NCBI GenBank assembly: GCA_013239625.1
Contig: MU054220.1
Coordinates: forward strand, 8,653,367 to 8,717,366
Source of the DNA: Lama guanicoe
Lineage: Eukaryota
DNA length: 64,000 nucleotides
Reading direction: 5' to 3'
In this document: positions 1 to 14,353 of the stretch, in pieces
Position numbering within the stretch: position 1 is the first letter of the stretch
How the letters are laid out: every line of letters starts with the position of its first letter
The notes under the pieces: model-generated
What the model saw: only the letters and a program-made list of their open reading frames with translations
Told to the model about the DNA's origin: nothing
Databases searched by the model: none
Program-made: the position numbers and the translations under genes

Positions 1-536
1 AGTTATTGAAATCAACCAAGACCTCTAAAACAAAGGGCCCTCAGTTGGGGGAGGCCGCCTGGCTATTTATCCAGTCTTTTATTTTGCGGCTCGAGGAGTT
101 TACTTTGAAATGGATGCCTGGGCAGACGCCGCTGAAGTCAAGCACTTGCGGTACAAAAAACCAAAAAGGACAACTGCCAGGGCTTACTCTACACCCGCTG
201 GAGTTGAAACTTTGTAGTAAATGGCAGTTTAACAAATTGGTTTTGTGGTCTAACCAGAATGATTACCAATGTTTTAGTGGCAAACGTATGAAAGATTTGT
301 TTAGTTTTGTGACTGCAGAAATACCCTGAGTGACTCTATTCTGGATACACTTTCTTTGTCAGAGTTGCCTAAATGCCGCTGGAAAGCTGTACCAAATAAA
401 GTATCATGACAATGGCAACAAAAGCAACTAATGAGGGGACTGCTGCTAAACCAGAGCCTTGGGTTGGAAGAAAGGAGACATTGTTTACATCATTGCTGGA
501 AAAAAAGAAGCACTTATAAATCTATTCCTTTTAACT

Positions 537-1015
537 TGTGAACAAAAAATACTGCAAACCATATCAGTAAACAAAGAATGCTGAAGCCATCAAGTCATCA
601 GCGGCTGCCGCCACCCCCCAGTGAAGACAAGCCTGCAGCCCAGCCTCTGCAGCCACGCACCATGGTGCACCCTGAGGGGACTCAGAATAAGAAAGGACAG
701 GATACTGGCCCTAGAAAGCGAGGTGCTTGTCAAAGGAATGAATTCAATGGGCCCAAATGTTTGCTTCCTCCCATACACAGAAAAGGGCTAAATTCTTCAA
801 CTTGAGATGCCTGGTTTTCTTTAGTTAACAAGTAATCTTTTGTTGTTCCAACTACGTGGTCCCTGTTGTAAAGCTCCTGTATATCCTAGCTCCTCCCCTA
901 CCTCTTGGGAGCAGTCCCTCAGAGCCAACTGAGGGGCTGTCGTCCCGGCTCGAGTCCCCCCGCCAAATAAAACATAACTCTCAACTTTTAGGCTGCGCAT
1001 TTATTTCAGTCGACA
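537..1015 (+). mobile_element. Solo ERV1-class LTR
   Basis: TG...CA termini, 4-bp TSD AACT (533-536 / 1016-1019), AATAAA near 966. Confidence 0.85.
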
Positions 1016-1380
1016 AACTGTTAGTTTGAAAGCAATGTTTACCTCATGAAACAAATGTTTCGTGTCTTCTGATAAGTAACTCATTCATAAACACAAACAT
1101 TTACATGCCTAATTGTTACAGTTTTCTGTCCCACTTGTAAAGGATAATATGAATGAAAACTCAAGACTTAATGAAAGCTACAGTTTCTAATGTTAACTAA
1201 ATTAGCTTTAACCTTGACTTTCCAAAGTCTGTGCAACTTCATAACGAGGCTATACCTGCAGATGAAAAGATGCTACTCCCTATCTGTGCTTCATCCTACT
1301 TCAAACTACTTAAAATCTCAAAGATGTCCTTGACGGTCTTATATATATGGAAAAAGAAATACACAGGTACATCTATAATT

Positions 1381-2229
1381 ACTTTCCTATCTCACAAATT
1401 GTCTTCCAAAATCTATGATAAAGCCCTTAAGGTTTTGGAAATATGCTGAGTACATGTTCCAAGGTTCAAAAGATTTTGGATTTGATTATTGTTTTTCTAA
1501 CCTTTTTTTTTTTAAAGAAAACATATATGTACAACCCTAGGAAATAAATCGCATAGTATCAAAATGATAATATGAGGAGAAGATGAAAAGAAAGAAGGCT
1601 GAGGATTCAACATCAAGTCAGAACACCATCTTCAAAGTCTGCAAGAGGCAGTGCATAGAAAAAGAAAGACATATTGGCATTTTAGGAAGAAATTATCCTT
1701 CAACTCTAAAATTAGACGTGTGAAATTATTGGATGTTTTACCAATAATTGTGTCCAGGATCATTAAGAATTTGTGTCCAATTGGTTAGCTTCTTTTGGTG
1801 GTTGGCACTTTCCTATCAATTGTCTTCCAAAATCTATGATAAAGCCCTTAAGGTTTTGGAAATATGCTGAGTGCATGTTCCAAGGTTCAAAAGATTTTGG
1901 ATTTGATTATTGTTTTTCTAACCTTTTTTTTTTTTTAAAGAAAACATATATGTACAACCCTAGGAAATAAATCGCATAGTATCAAAATGATAATATGAGG
2001 AGAAGATGAAAAGAAAGAAGGCTGAGGATTCAACATCAAGTCAGAACACCATCTTCAAAGTCTGCAAGAGGCAGTGCATAGAAAAAGAAAGACATATTGG
2101 CATTTTAGGAAGAAATTATCCTTCAACTCTAAAATTAGACGTGTGAAATTATTGGATGTTTTACCAATAATTGTGTCCAGGATCATTAAGAATTTGTGTC
2201 CAATTGGTTAGCTTCTTTTGGTGGTTGGC
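1381..2229. repeat. Head-to-tail tandem duplication, ~0.42 kb x2 (1381-1806 / 1807-2229)
   Basis: Copies identical except a 5-nt indel (tcaca), one A/G substitution and a T11 vs T13 run. Confidence 0.97.
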
Positions 2230-5200
2230 GATAAATGGAGAAAAATCACAATTCAAAATCTTGCCACCTTCACCATATAAACAGTACCCCCAGGGCCCTG
2301 GATTTTGTAATATGTGCTCTTATGTCTCAAGATGAACAATGATGAGGTGACTCAATGAACAAGCAGGAGTGAGTTGTTGAAGCTTGTGGATAATATAACC
2401 TCACAAAGTAGATGGAGTAGGCATGGGGTGATGGCTGTTGTACCTCCGTCTGGCTAATTGGTGACATAAACAACTTTAAGTAAGCTCCTTCTGGAGACAG
2501 TGACATAGACAACTTCTACTCCAGTGTTCTTTATACCCTCCTCAATAATTTCCTACCACATCTGTTTCCCTGACTATTCTGACACACTTGCCCCTGTTTC
2601 TGCCTAGCACTGGGGAAGACTACATGTTATTCTGAACAATTCACTTAGTCAAATACCAAAAAGTCAAGTCTTACAAGATTCAGAATAATGGTCGGTAGAA
2701 CTAAACTTTCTAAGTTATAGAAAATTACTGTGGTTATCCACTTTTTTTTTTTTTTACCATTTATACACATGGTTGTTAAAACATCTATGTTTTGTGGTAA
2801 ACAAAAATGGATTTTATTGAAATCAAGAATATTATGTTAGGTTGTAGTAATTCCTCATAGTAGCAGTTAATTCCACCCAATATTGTCTTTAATAAGAAAT
2901 TATATTATTTTGTTAAGAATCAATTTGTAATCATTAGTTCAATCACAAGATGCAGAAGTTAGGTTAAGCAATATCTCCTGATCTTCAGTGATTTTGCCAT
3001 AACAAGAACAATTTACAACTAAGCAGTTGAAATGATTCTTAATGTATTATGAGTGACGCAGGCAGAAACACAAACATTAATGGTTTTGGCTCCTCCATTT
3101 CTTAAACACCTATGTTAAGTAAGGCTTGGAGGATTGCAAGTCACAGCAGCTGAGAAGAGATGGGAACTTTGGGTTGGAAAAGTATGTGGATTTGCTTGAT
3201 ATGATGGACTATTCTTTGGAAAACATTAAATGTTATCCCTCTTTCTTAATCACCACCCTTTTCTACACACGTGCTTAAAAACACACATACAGGCATGCAT
3301 ACTCATATACGCAGACCTACACACATATACACAAACACATACCTACCCAGCCTTTCACTTCTGTTGGTACTCTTGACCTTGCTCCTCATTGGGAAAGCTT
3401 TTAGTTCCTATGTGTTGACTCATGGAAGAGTTGTTTTAACCAAGTGTAGCAGGAAGTCTTTTGAATTTGAGGCCATGAGTAGATTAAAATCCAGAGAAAA
3501 ACATAAAGAGCCTATAAAATATTACCCAGAATAATAAACAAACAAATAAATACAGTTCTAGACTAGGTGGAAGACAAGCAAAAAGAAACACGGAGTGAGT
3601 AAATGCTAACAGGTTCCTGAAAATGGAATCTGTTTCCCAAGCTACATCTACTCTCCCCATGTTTCTCTCCATCCAGACTCAAGCTTGGAAGAAGATAATG
3701 ATAGAAACCACCATGCTTGTGAAATCCAAGGACAAGAGATCTTTGCTCCCTCTCTCCAGTAAAGTCTGGGAAGGAGGGAAGACCTCACAGTGGGAATGGC
3801 TGCATGGATGGTTTGATCTCACTGAGGGTCCCCTGTAGAATCCCTTGCAAGATGTGAAGAAAGTAGAATCATTTTTATGCATCTAAAAGCAGCATGAACA
3901 TGGTGAAGGATTATAATAATACCAGGTGACAAGATAGTAGAATAGATTTCAACTAGGAAATACTGAAGACTAGGCTGCATCTAGAGTCGCTCACTGACAT
4001 GCAAAGCTTGACTTATTCACAACAGGGATTAAAACATCTCGGCAGATATCAATGGACAATATACTGTGTCATTTAACTGTTACAAAAATACTAGCACCAT
4101 TTTTAAATGGCAGAGTTAAAATTCACACTTAGAACTCTCTAATCATCATCATACAATGATGTCTTAATAATTCTGCTTTTGAACTCTAACTCAGTTCTAT
4201 TCGTTGATTGAAGAAATGAATGAATAAATGAGTATAATTTCATGAATTTTTCTATAGAGCAAAGATACTAAATTAATTAAAAATGAAAGATATTAAGTAA
4301 CTAAAGATTACTAAGTAACTTCAGCTCAGTTTGTGATTTGATAGGAATTTGATTTTGAATGTAATGTAACAATCTAGTCCTTATTTAAATTTCTGCCAGG
4401 TACATGCTGCTTTTTCACTGTGTTAGGAGGCATGTACTTTCTCCAACCCAGTATAAGGATATATGTCAAGGAAATTATGGCCACATCCTGGTACCCACGA
4501 TTCTATTAAAATTTCTATTTTATGTGAAAGTTGGTAATGCATATCCCCAATTGGCTTCCATTATCCAAATCAAACTGTTCTTAAAAGCTTTCTATAATAT
4601 AACCAAGTTTAACTCTGTATCTGCAAGTCAATTTAATCAGGGTTAAATGTTTGTAAAGCTTTGCTAAAGGAAAAATTACTTATGATTTTGAATTATAAGA
4701 GATTGGTAATACAGGATTATTTATAACAAAGCCAGAAGCAATTGTCTCCATGGAATGAAAGAAGCACATATTTTTATCTGAGGGAGACAAGCTGTTTTTC
4801 CTCTGATAAAACACTCATAATCGTGTAATAAACACAGTGCCAGTGACTGATGATTTAAGTGTATTTGAAAATGTTACTCTCAGATACTTTTTTTCCTATT
4901 TTTAATATTAGTATTTTTAAGATGTTACTGTGAAAAGGTTCAATGTAAGTGAAAATACTTATCTTGCCAAAATTTCATTATATGTCTATTTCTAACAGCC
5001 TCAAACTTTTTCCTCCCAGGCATCCACTCCTTTCTATAGCAAAATTTAATAATCAAATATTATTCCTATTATACAGAAGGTGAAATTGTGGCTTTAAAGT
5101 CTTTTTTTTAAAAATAAATTTTATTCACTTACAATTTGGTGTCCCATAAACTTAAAAAGTGTCCTCACTCTATTTCTATGATGATTATAAATTTATATGA

Positions 5201-5983
5201 ATTATACTTTTTTTTTAAATATGCTAATTAAGTTAATTTTATATACATAAGAAAACTCCACTCAACTAAAATGGATATCTCATCCATACAGTGAATTGTT
5301 ATAATCTTAGAAAGTATATTTATTTTTCACTGATATTTTCTCTGATATTTGGCACAATGCGTCACCAGTCTGGGACAATCACAAGTTTTGGTTTCACCTC
5401 CAACCACTATACATTTAAGCATGTGGGCTTATGGCCAAGAGGAAAGTGCAGGAACAAGTGGTTTCCTGCAAAAGAGACAAGCAAAACAGCCAAGCAAGAA
5501 GCATGGCAAGGAAACTTGGGACATGAATTGACAAAGCGTGAAATGTAACAGTGACAAAGATGAAGAGTTTTGACATAAATGACAGCCCACTTCTCACTTA
5601 CCTCTGATGCCTCAGGCTTCTAATCAGAGGAAAGTTATTGTATCATGGAGAATCTGTAAGTCTACCATCCAACATGGCTAGCATCCAACAGAAGTGACGG
5701 AACAGAATAAAATAAGTCAAAGATTACAGGATTAGTACTTAACAGCTGATAAGGACAGAGGAATACTACATGCACTAACCTTCCTATTTATTAAATACCA
5801 CAAAAGTGGTTTGTTAGTTAGTAGTTAGATTTTAATTCTTGCTAAATGCATGTAATGATATTTTTGTATTTAAACTCCCAGGAATATTCATAACAAGAGA
5901 AGTAGTTACCAATTCTGAGTACATGGGGAGAAGACTAGTTTTATCTTAATGTTAAACTTAATGTTAAATTAAGAAGATTCATG

Positions 5984-6648
5984 TGACTAAGAGGACCTTA
6001 ACATTCTTCTCAGCTTGGCCAAAATTTAGACAATCTTCTTCCTGACTACAGGTCCTCAACTTCCCTTTTCTTAGAGTATTTACTTCAGAAAACTTTGCAA
6101 TGTAAATTCTTTCTCTGCTTCTTTGATATATGCAAATCTTTTGAAAAATCCTCTTGTCAATTTTATGATCAGGAATGTCTTTCTCAAGTACCTAGGAGCC
6201 ATTTCTTTGAAATGTGATCATCAAGAAAGATTAGGGTCTGTATCTCCCAGTCTCTGTTAAGAGAATAGGAATCTAATTTCAGTGGGTGCAAATTAGCCAA
6301 CACAGAAGGCCTAACCACAGAGAAAGGCATTGGTAAACTCAGGAATAACTGAGAGTGCTTCACTTATCCCATGACTCAACCTCCTCCTAGGCTTTCCACT
6401 AGCTCACCACCCCACTCCCCCAACCCTGTCCCAGTGCTAAAAAAAAAGTAAAATAAGATAATAGAGGGAATGGGACAGGGAGAGAGAGAGGGGTAAAAAA
6501 GGGAAAACAAAGGAAAAGAAAACCTCTCACTTTTCTTTTTAATGGAGTTGAGCTCAGGCTGAGTTCTGGCCACACTCCCCTATTGCAATATCCTTGAATA
6601 AAGTCTTCCTTGCCCATGATTTTGTCCAGTGCAATGTTTTCTTTGACA
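5984..6648 (+). mobile_element. Solo ERV1-class LTR (MER34/MER39-like)
   Basis: TG...CA termini with 4-bp TSD CATG; AATAAA at ~6597 followed by a typical U5-like end. Confidence 0.8.
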
Positions 6649-7789
6649 CATGCATTCACATTTTGCATCTTCATAAAAAATGCAGCCATCATTCATCATT
6701 CCCTGATTCAGAACACTAATTTATTAATCCTGTAAATATGTTTTTAATATTATATGCCATTAGTCTTTGGAACGTCTTGGGATGGAAAGAAGAAACATTC
6801 TTGCACCTTCCTTATACTTTAACAATCAGAAATCTTTTGATTCCATTTTGCAAAATAGAAGTGAGCAGTAAAGACTTCTTTGGAAGAGAAAGATCTGTAT
6901 CCAATCTACAGACATAAGATCTACCCAGGAGTTCTTTGTTTATTTTTATTTCTTTATTTGTCTTGTTTGCTCATTTGTTTCTGCTTGTTTGTCTTCTCTA
7001 AACTGGAATCCTGAAAAGGACCCAAAACCTCTTAACAAAGCTGCAAACAGAAATTTGATACCTCAGGGTTTTTCTTTATTTTAACAATGATTTTGAAACC
7101 ACAAGAAGAGAAGAATTTTATTCATTTCTTTTTGTAGTTGTGTAATCATTTGCTCTATTTACATTCCTTTCAGGTGTGAGTATGCAATTATGCAAAGCTG
7201 AAGAGGTGCTTTGTCTTTGTGCTCATCCCTTCTTAGAGAGGGAGAATCTACTTTGAGTTTTAGGTGCATGTTGTTGATGGACCAGTAGTATGTGACCCCA
7301 AGATGTCAGTCACATGACCCTGTGGCCACTCATACTGATTTGGGAAGAGGCAAAGTGATTGATACTTTGAATTTGATGCAATCATAAAATTAGATGTTTT
7401 AGATATGCATATTAGAATCCAAACCTTATCTCTAGGGTATATAACCTGAGCTATCACCATATACTATACCATCAGTTTTCAAAATGGCAGGTAAACATTC
7501 TCAGAGTTGTTATGGAAGTGACTGTAGAGGATGTGGCAGGCATCAGGGGGGTGTACAAATGAGAGGTAGGTTCCCCAGGTAGACTTTTTCTGGAGATTAA
7601 AGAAATATTTAATTTGGGAAAGCATGTTCATCATGACATTAATTCTAGGATAATAGGACAAATCCATTCCAAAACCATGACGAGACAGACTGCTACAATC
7701 AATCCATTAAGGACAGCTATTTTAAACTATTAAGAAGGACTCAAAGAAAACAAAAAACTAACCCCCCCAAAACACTCCAAAAAACCCAA

Positions 7790-7880
7790 ATGTATGTATG
7801 TTCATGTATGACTGAAGCAGTGTGCTGTGCACCGGAAATTGACACAACATTGTAAACGGACTATACCTCAATAAAAATAT
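7790..7880 (+). mobile_element. L1 extreme 3' end fragment (camelid/artiodactyl type)
   Basis: tgtgctgtgcaccggaaattgacacaacattgtaaac..ctatacctcaataaaa; the same motif occurs at 29.7, 38.9 and 61.8 kb. Confidence 0.8.
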
Positions 7881-7930
7881 ATATACAAAAGGTGGGGAGG
7901 GGGGGACTCAAGGAATTAAAGAGTAGATTT

Positions 7931-8862
7931 TGATAAGACCCTGAAGTAAATCTAAAAGGGTGCTGGATCACGTGGGTCCCCACCCCCAACCCCGACTGCC
8001 TCTTGTTTATAGGAAAGCTGAAGTCTCCCAGGCCTCCCCGAGTCACAGAAGAGCAGGCTCAAACAACTGATTAGGACAAGCCTGCAGGCACTGGGGGACG
8101 GCAAGGACTCTGACCACCTATCTCAGTGATAAACTTCAGTTCCCTTTAAAGCTTTCATGGCTGAACAGAATCTTTGGAGACGGTTTGGGGAGGGGGAAGA
8201 TGCTAGGTCCACCAGATTACCAGTATTCTGATTAAAAGCAACAAAAGTTTCCTTTTTGTTACCAAGGCTGTTGCCCCTAGTATCATACCCCTGCCCCTCC
8301 CTCAATAGAAACCAATTACTTTAGCTAAGTCTCTGGAGGAAGCTGCAGAATAAAAAACAAGAGCTGGTTAGAACCCAACCCAAGATGGTGGAGGATTTGA
8401 TTTCCAGTGGACCTTGAGACTCGTAATATGCTCACTGTAATATATTAACATGCTCAGTGACACACCCACCAGCTCCATGACTGTTGACAACTGTCATGAC
8501 AACGACTGGAAAAGCCCATACGAGGATTGAAAAGCTTGGACAAGGGCTGATTGGCTTGACCACACCCAGGAGGACGTGATGGCAGAAGCCTCTCATGAAT
8601 GTCCACGTGGCCCGACCAGGGCTGGGGCTGTCCATACCATCCATCTTGGCTGACGGCTCCCCGCTCCAGTCCCGTTTCCCCACTAGAGTGCTTTTTCTTC
8701 CCTCCTCCTTGCTCTAGCACTTTCCTTCCTTTTACCCTTCTGAGCAAATAAAGCAGCTGTTCACTTCATCCCTCTGCTTCCTTTGTGTGACTTCTTTCAC
8801 AGTCGGCGGCAAGAACCTACACTTTGTTGGACCTCCTAATTTAAGGGTTCCTCCTTCTATTA
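7931..8862 (+). mobile_element. Composite/nested ERV LTR sequence (two LTR pieces)
   Basis: First piece has ATTAAA at ~8231. The second piece (from ~8305) has CCAAGATGG and AATAAA at ~8747 and is similar to the LTR at ~23040-23545. Confidence 0.65.
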
Positions 8863-11800
8863 ACGAATCTACTACCCCATGTGCTTTTAGTGTTGATTCC
8901 CTAACTGAAGGGTGAAAAGGATGACCTCAGCGGAATCTGTGAACTAGATCAACACTTCTGGAACAACCAATGAGGAAGAAGTGAACCACAAAGGCCATTC
9001 ACCAGATGAAGAGTCTAATGAAGTTAAGGATTACAGAAATCTTGTCCTGTGCGGTTTCTGATTAGGTGGAACTTCTGACTCAACAACAATAGAATCAAAG
9101 CCCACAAGGAAAATGAAAAAAATGCTGACACTTAACAATTTCATCTTGTGGATTTTTTTTTTACATGTAAATAAGAGAAGCACACTTAACAGTATGAAAA
9201 GATGCTCATTGTAGAATCATTTTTAATGACTAAAAGCTCTAAATTACCTAAATGTTCAATAACAGAAGAGTGATTGTGTAAATAATGGTTTTAGTTATAA
9301 CAAAAGAGAATACTAAGCAGATATTCAAAATCATGTTAAAAAATTAATGATGCAAAAATACTCATCATATAATTTTATGGGACAAAAGCAGTAGGCAAAG
9401 TGCAATTTATGCTATTAACATGAGTAGATACTATCATGTATACAAACATATTGAGAAATGTTAAAATTTGTGCTACAATCAAAATATTCCCTCTCTCTAG
9501 GTGCAGAGTTTATAGATTGTCTTCTTCTTACACGTCTCTAGTTTTCAAACCCCCTGCACTAAAAAGACACTTTTTTAAATTAGAAAAAAAAACTTAAAAA
9601 AATAAATAACTGCAAAGTGTCAAGACTAAGATTTTGCTCTACTTGGATATTAACCCATCAGCCTATCACAGCTTTAGAGAGGCTGTTGGGAGATACATGA
9701 TTCTGGGTCAGAAGCAGAGGACTTTATTACTCATGACCCGTGGAAAGCATGAGTTTTACATTCACATTGGTTCCCTTGCCCCCAGTGGTCCACAATGGTG
9801 AGGCAGGGAACACTGCATGTGAACAGGGACCCCAGGACCCAGGGAACCAAATCTGGAAATTTAGGAGGTTGCAACAAACCTGCCCAACCTCTGCTCTGGA
9901 GGAAGACATTATCATAACCTTCAGGAAGCAAACCTGCTCTCTGCCCCAGAGGAAGACACTATCTCTGTCTTGCAAAGCTGTTTGCTATAAAAGCATCCTT
10001 GAAAAGATACTCTGGAGCAGAACTGTCAATGCCGCTTGCTAAAAGGAGGGGGAAGATGCTAGGTCCACCAGATTACCAGTATTCTGATTAAAAGCAACAA
10101 AAGTTTCCTTTTTGTTACCAAGGCTGTTGCCCCTAGTATCATACCCCTGCCCCTCCCTCAATAGAAACCAATTACTTTAGCTAAGTCTCTGGAGGAAGCT
10201 GCAGAATAAAAAACAAGAGCTGGTTAGAACCCAACCCAAGATGGTGGAGGATTTGATTTCCAGTGGACCTTGAGACTCGTAATATGCTCACTGTAATATA
10301 TTAACATGCTCAGTGACACACCCACCAGCTCCATGACTGTTGACAACTGTCATGACAACGACTGGAAAAGCCCATACGAGGACTGAAAAGCTTGGACAAG
10401 GGCTGATTGGCTTGACCACACCCAGGAGGACGTGATGGCAGAAGCCTCTCATGAATGTCCACGTGGCCCGACCAGGGCTGGGGCTGTCCATACCATCCAT
10501 CTTGGCTGACGGCTCCCCGCTCCAGTCCCGTTTCCCCACTAGAGTGCTTTTTCTTCCCTCCTCCTTGCTCTAGCACTTTCCTTCCTTTTACCCTTCTGAG
10601 CAAATAAAGCAGCTGTTCACTTCATCCCTCTGCTTCCTTTGTGTGACTTCTTTCACAGTCGGCGGCAAGAACCTACACTTTGTTGGACCTCCTAATTTAA
10701 GGGTTCCTCCTTCTATTAACGAATCTACTACCCCATGTGCTTTTAGTGTTGATTCCCTAACTGAAGGGTGAAAAGGATGACCTCAGCGGAATCTGTGAAC
10801 TAGATCAACACTTCTGGAACAACCAATGAGGAAGAAGTGAACCACAAAGGCCATTCACCAGATGAAGAGTCTAATGAAGTTAAGGATTACAGAAATCTTG
10901 TCCTGTGCGGTTTCTGATTAGGTGGAACTTCTGACTCAACAACAACAGAATCAAAGCCCACAAGGAAAATGAAAAAAATGCTGACACTTAACAATTTCAT
11001 CTTGTGGATTTTTTTTTTACATGTAAATAAGAGAAGCACACTTAACAGTATGAAAAGATGCTCATTGTAGAATCATTTTTAATGACTAAAAGCTCTAAAT
11101 TACCTAAATGTTCAATAACAGAAGAGTGATTGTGTAAATAATGGTTTTAGTTATAACAAAAGAGAATACTAAGCAGATATTCAAAATCATGTTAAAAAAT
11201 TAATGATGCAAAAATACTCATCATATAATTTTATGGGACAAAAGCAGTAGGCAAAGTGCAATTTATGCTATTAACATGAGTAGATACTATCATGTATACA
11301 AACATATTGAGAAATGTTAAAATTTGTGCTACAATCAAAATATTCCCTCTCTCTAGGTGCAGAGTTTATAGATTGTCTTCTTCTTACACGTCTCTAGTTT
11401 TCAAACCTCCTGCACTAAAAAGACACTTTTTTTTTAATTAGAAAAAAAAACTTAAAAAAATAAATAACTGCAAAGTGTCAAGACTAAGATTTTGCTCTAC
11501 TTGGAAATTAACCCATCAGCCTATCACAGCTTTAGAGAGGCTGTTGGGAGACACATGATTCTGGGTCAGAAGCAGAGGACTTTATTACTCATGACCCGTG
11601 GAAAGCATGAGTTTTACATTCACATTGGTTCCCTTGCCCCCAGTGGTCCACAATGGTGAGGCAGGGAACACTGCATGTGAACAGGGACCCCAGGACCCAG
11701 GGAACCAAATCTGGAAATTTAGGAGGTTGCAACAAACCTGCCCAACCTCTGCTCTGGAGGAAGACATTATCATAACCTTCAGGAAGCAAACCTGCTCTCT

Positions 11801-11902
11801 GCCCCAGAGGAAGACACTATCTCTGTCTTGCAAAGCTGTTTGCTATAAAAGCATCCTTGAAAAGATACTCTGGAGCAGAACTGTCAATGCCGCTTGCTAA
11901 AA
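8189..11902. repeat. Head-to-tail tandem duplication, ~1.86 kb x2 (8189-10044 / 10045-11902)
   Basis: Near-identical copies (about five substitutions plus a homopolymer difference); ORF-track entries recur at offsets 1856/1858. Confidence 0.97.
9170..9610 (+). mobile_element. Old L1 (L1ME-like) 3' fragment, duplicated at ~11030-11470
   Basis: aagatgctcattgtagaatcatttttaat..aaattacctaaatgttcaataacagaagag resembles ancient L1 3' region. Confidence 0.5.
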
Positions 11903-12649
11903 TCATTTGCAGAAACATGAGAGACCCATAGGAAGCACTGACTCCCATCACGAGACAAATTTCCAAAGTCACTGTCTGCCATTTCCTTTCAGTCACTGGC
12001 AAAGGGAACACTGCCTCTTGGACATTAATTTTACCATGACCGACACTGCCATCCTTCCCCACTGAGTCAGCGATTGAGTTCTTCATAGGACATTAGAACT
12101 CGTTCTAAAAACCTAATAAGCATCTATGGTCTTGATTCCCTCTTGTGACAACGCATTTCACTGCCTAGCAAACACTGGCTTGTCCTTTGGTTTTCAAGGA
12201 CATCCCTGCATCCCCTACTTTTCAAAGGAACCCCTGCGGCAGAAGATGGATTTGATGCATCCCAGAACACAGAATGTGACTGGAAGTCTGTACCCACCGT
12301 AAGGTGTGGTGAAGTTGCTTTAGGTAAACAGCCCATTTCAATGAGTCAGGATACCAAGATGCAAAATACATTTCCAACATCACTAAGATATATTTGGAGA
12401 GGACTGTCTATGTCCACACATATCAAATCAATATAATATCAGTATAAATCAAAATAAGCAATTAGACAAAGTGAAATTCTCTGATGCTGGCTCACATCTC
12501 ATTCTCCTATAAATGAGAATCTCCTCCTGATCAAATAAGATATCTGATATCTGAGTTTATTACAAAATCTCAATTCCCTCTGACATTCAGGAAGTTGAAT
12601 TCTCCTTGTATTTCTTGAATCGGTGCTTTTTTATCTCTCCCTTCTTCTA

Positions 12650-13415
12650 GATAGAGATCAAAGTTAAGGTACCAGGAGTAACACACCATTTCCCATAATG
12701 AAACCAAGTCCCCTGAAAATCGAGTTCCTCGGCAGAGTTCATGATCAACCTCCCCATCTGAAACTCTATTCCCTTTCCTGTCCCCCATCTGTTGGACTGA
12801 AACCTAGCAGGACTCTGCAGGGCCTTCCCAGGTGCAAAAGCCTTCATGTGTCCCCTGTTTCTTCTTTTAAGAAAAAGGCTCCAAGCCTCCCAGACCATTC
12901 TTGAGTTTGAAAGGGTAGGTTCAAATGGTTACAATTAGGGAAGTAAGAGAATGCAAGCAAACAAACAAACAAACAAAAATCCAGGAAAACCAGTCAAGAA
13001 ATAATAGTGCAAGAAAAAGCAGAGTCTTAGGTCCTCCTCAAAGGATATACATAGCCATATGATAACCTAACACTGAGTTCTTCTAGGGAACTAACCACCT
13101 CTCACCGCACCCCATGTAGAGAATGGGGACTTTAGGCAGAGCATGTAAGATTTCTGGAACACCCGATGTAATGCCTTGTTCCCTCACCACCCACCAATCA
13201 GAAGAAAGTCACACACCCTATAGCCCTTGCCCTAAATTTTGCCTTTAAAAACTCTTCCCTGAAAACCATCAAGGAGTTAAGAGTTCTTTGAGGATGAGCC
13301 ACCCATTCTCCTTGCTTGGCCTTTGCAGTAAACCTTTCCTTGCTCCAAACTCTGATGTTTCAATTTGTTTGGCCTCCCTGTGCATCAGGCACATGAACTT
13401 GGGTTCAAAAATAAT
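12650..13415 (+). mobile_element. ERV LTR (solo, boundaries approximate)
   Basis: CCAAT at ~13194, TATA-like tttaaaa, AGTAAA at ~13327 and a U5-like tail. Confidence 0.65.
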
Positions 13416-13418
13416 AAC

Positions 13419-13907
13419 TGTAGCTGAAAACCCACTTTATCCAGTGATTTTTCAACCCCCTATTACTAGGACTGGCTTCACCAGCATCCTATTAGAAAAG
13501 AAATCATCTCTCCAAAAGTAGTTAGGCTAAAGACAAAAGGGGAGGTTGGGGGCAGTGGTTTGGGACTTCAAAGAGGAGAAAGGCAATTGACATGGGGATG
13601 GAAAAACAGCTGTTTCTCAAGTAAATGTTGTGAATGTTTGTTGGGCCATGCAGAGACGACGGGACACAGAGTAGAATTCAACCACAGGATGTGCTAGGTA
13701 ACTGTCTGTCTATACCCTTGGCTTACACTATAGTTATTTATGGCGGTAACTCCCTTCCTGGGACAGGTCCTCTACCTACATTCTTTTAGGCAGTGAGGGC
13801 GGAGGTCAGAGTTTCTTCCCGAGTCTTTTGGGCTTTGAGGTTTTCAGCTCAAAATAGTCCACATGCCAAAGAGACATTTTGGGGTGAAAAAATTTTATTC
13901 CCCTACC
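13419..13907 (-). mobile_element. ERV LTR, same family as 21720-22312
   Basis: Reverse complement starts gtagggg..aa..ccccaaaatgtctctttggcatg..attttgagctgaaaac, matching the + strand LTR at 21720, and ends ttttcagctaca. Confidence 0.7.
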
Positions 13908-14353
13908 GTATCAAATCATCAGGCACTACACTTTAAATATCTTACAAAGTTATTTGTCAATTATACTTTAGTAAAGCTCCTAAAAAGGAGAAAAGTCTTA
14001 GTTTCCTAGAAAAGTCCATAAACAGAAATCAAATATAAAATCACATAGTTTGTCTAAAGTGGCCACTGAACTTAGTGACTTAATGGAAAAACAAGTTAAC
14101 AATTTACTATTATGATAGCTTTCAGGATTTGCAAACACTAATTTATGAGAAAAATAGAAGAGAATCAACATAGTGATTATGAACTAGCCTTTTTTCATGT
14201 CTCTGTTTAGATCGCCTATTAAATAAATGGTTTGCTTTAAATATAATTAACAATTTCATTTGTACACCAAGCTTTCTTTTCTCCCAGTCTATTAGCCTAT
14301 CAACAGTTAAGTGAATGAAATAAAACATACCTCCAGGCTGAGAACAATGTCGG

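Noticed and set aside
8432..11900. Repeated ORF pairs suggesting a duplicated gene family
   Set aside because: They recur only because of the tandem duplication, lie in LTR or intergenic sequence and resemble no protein
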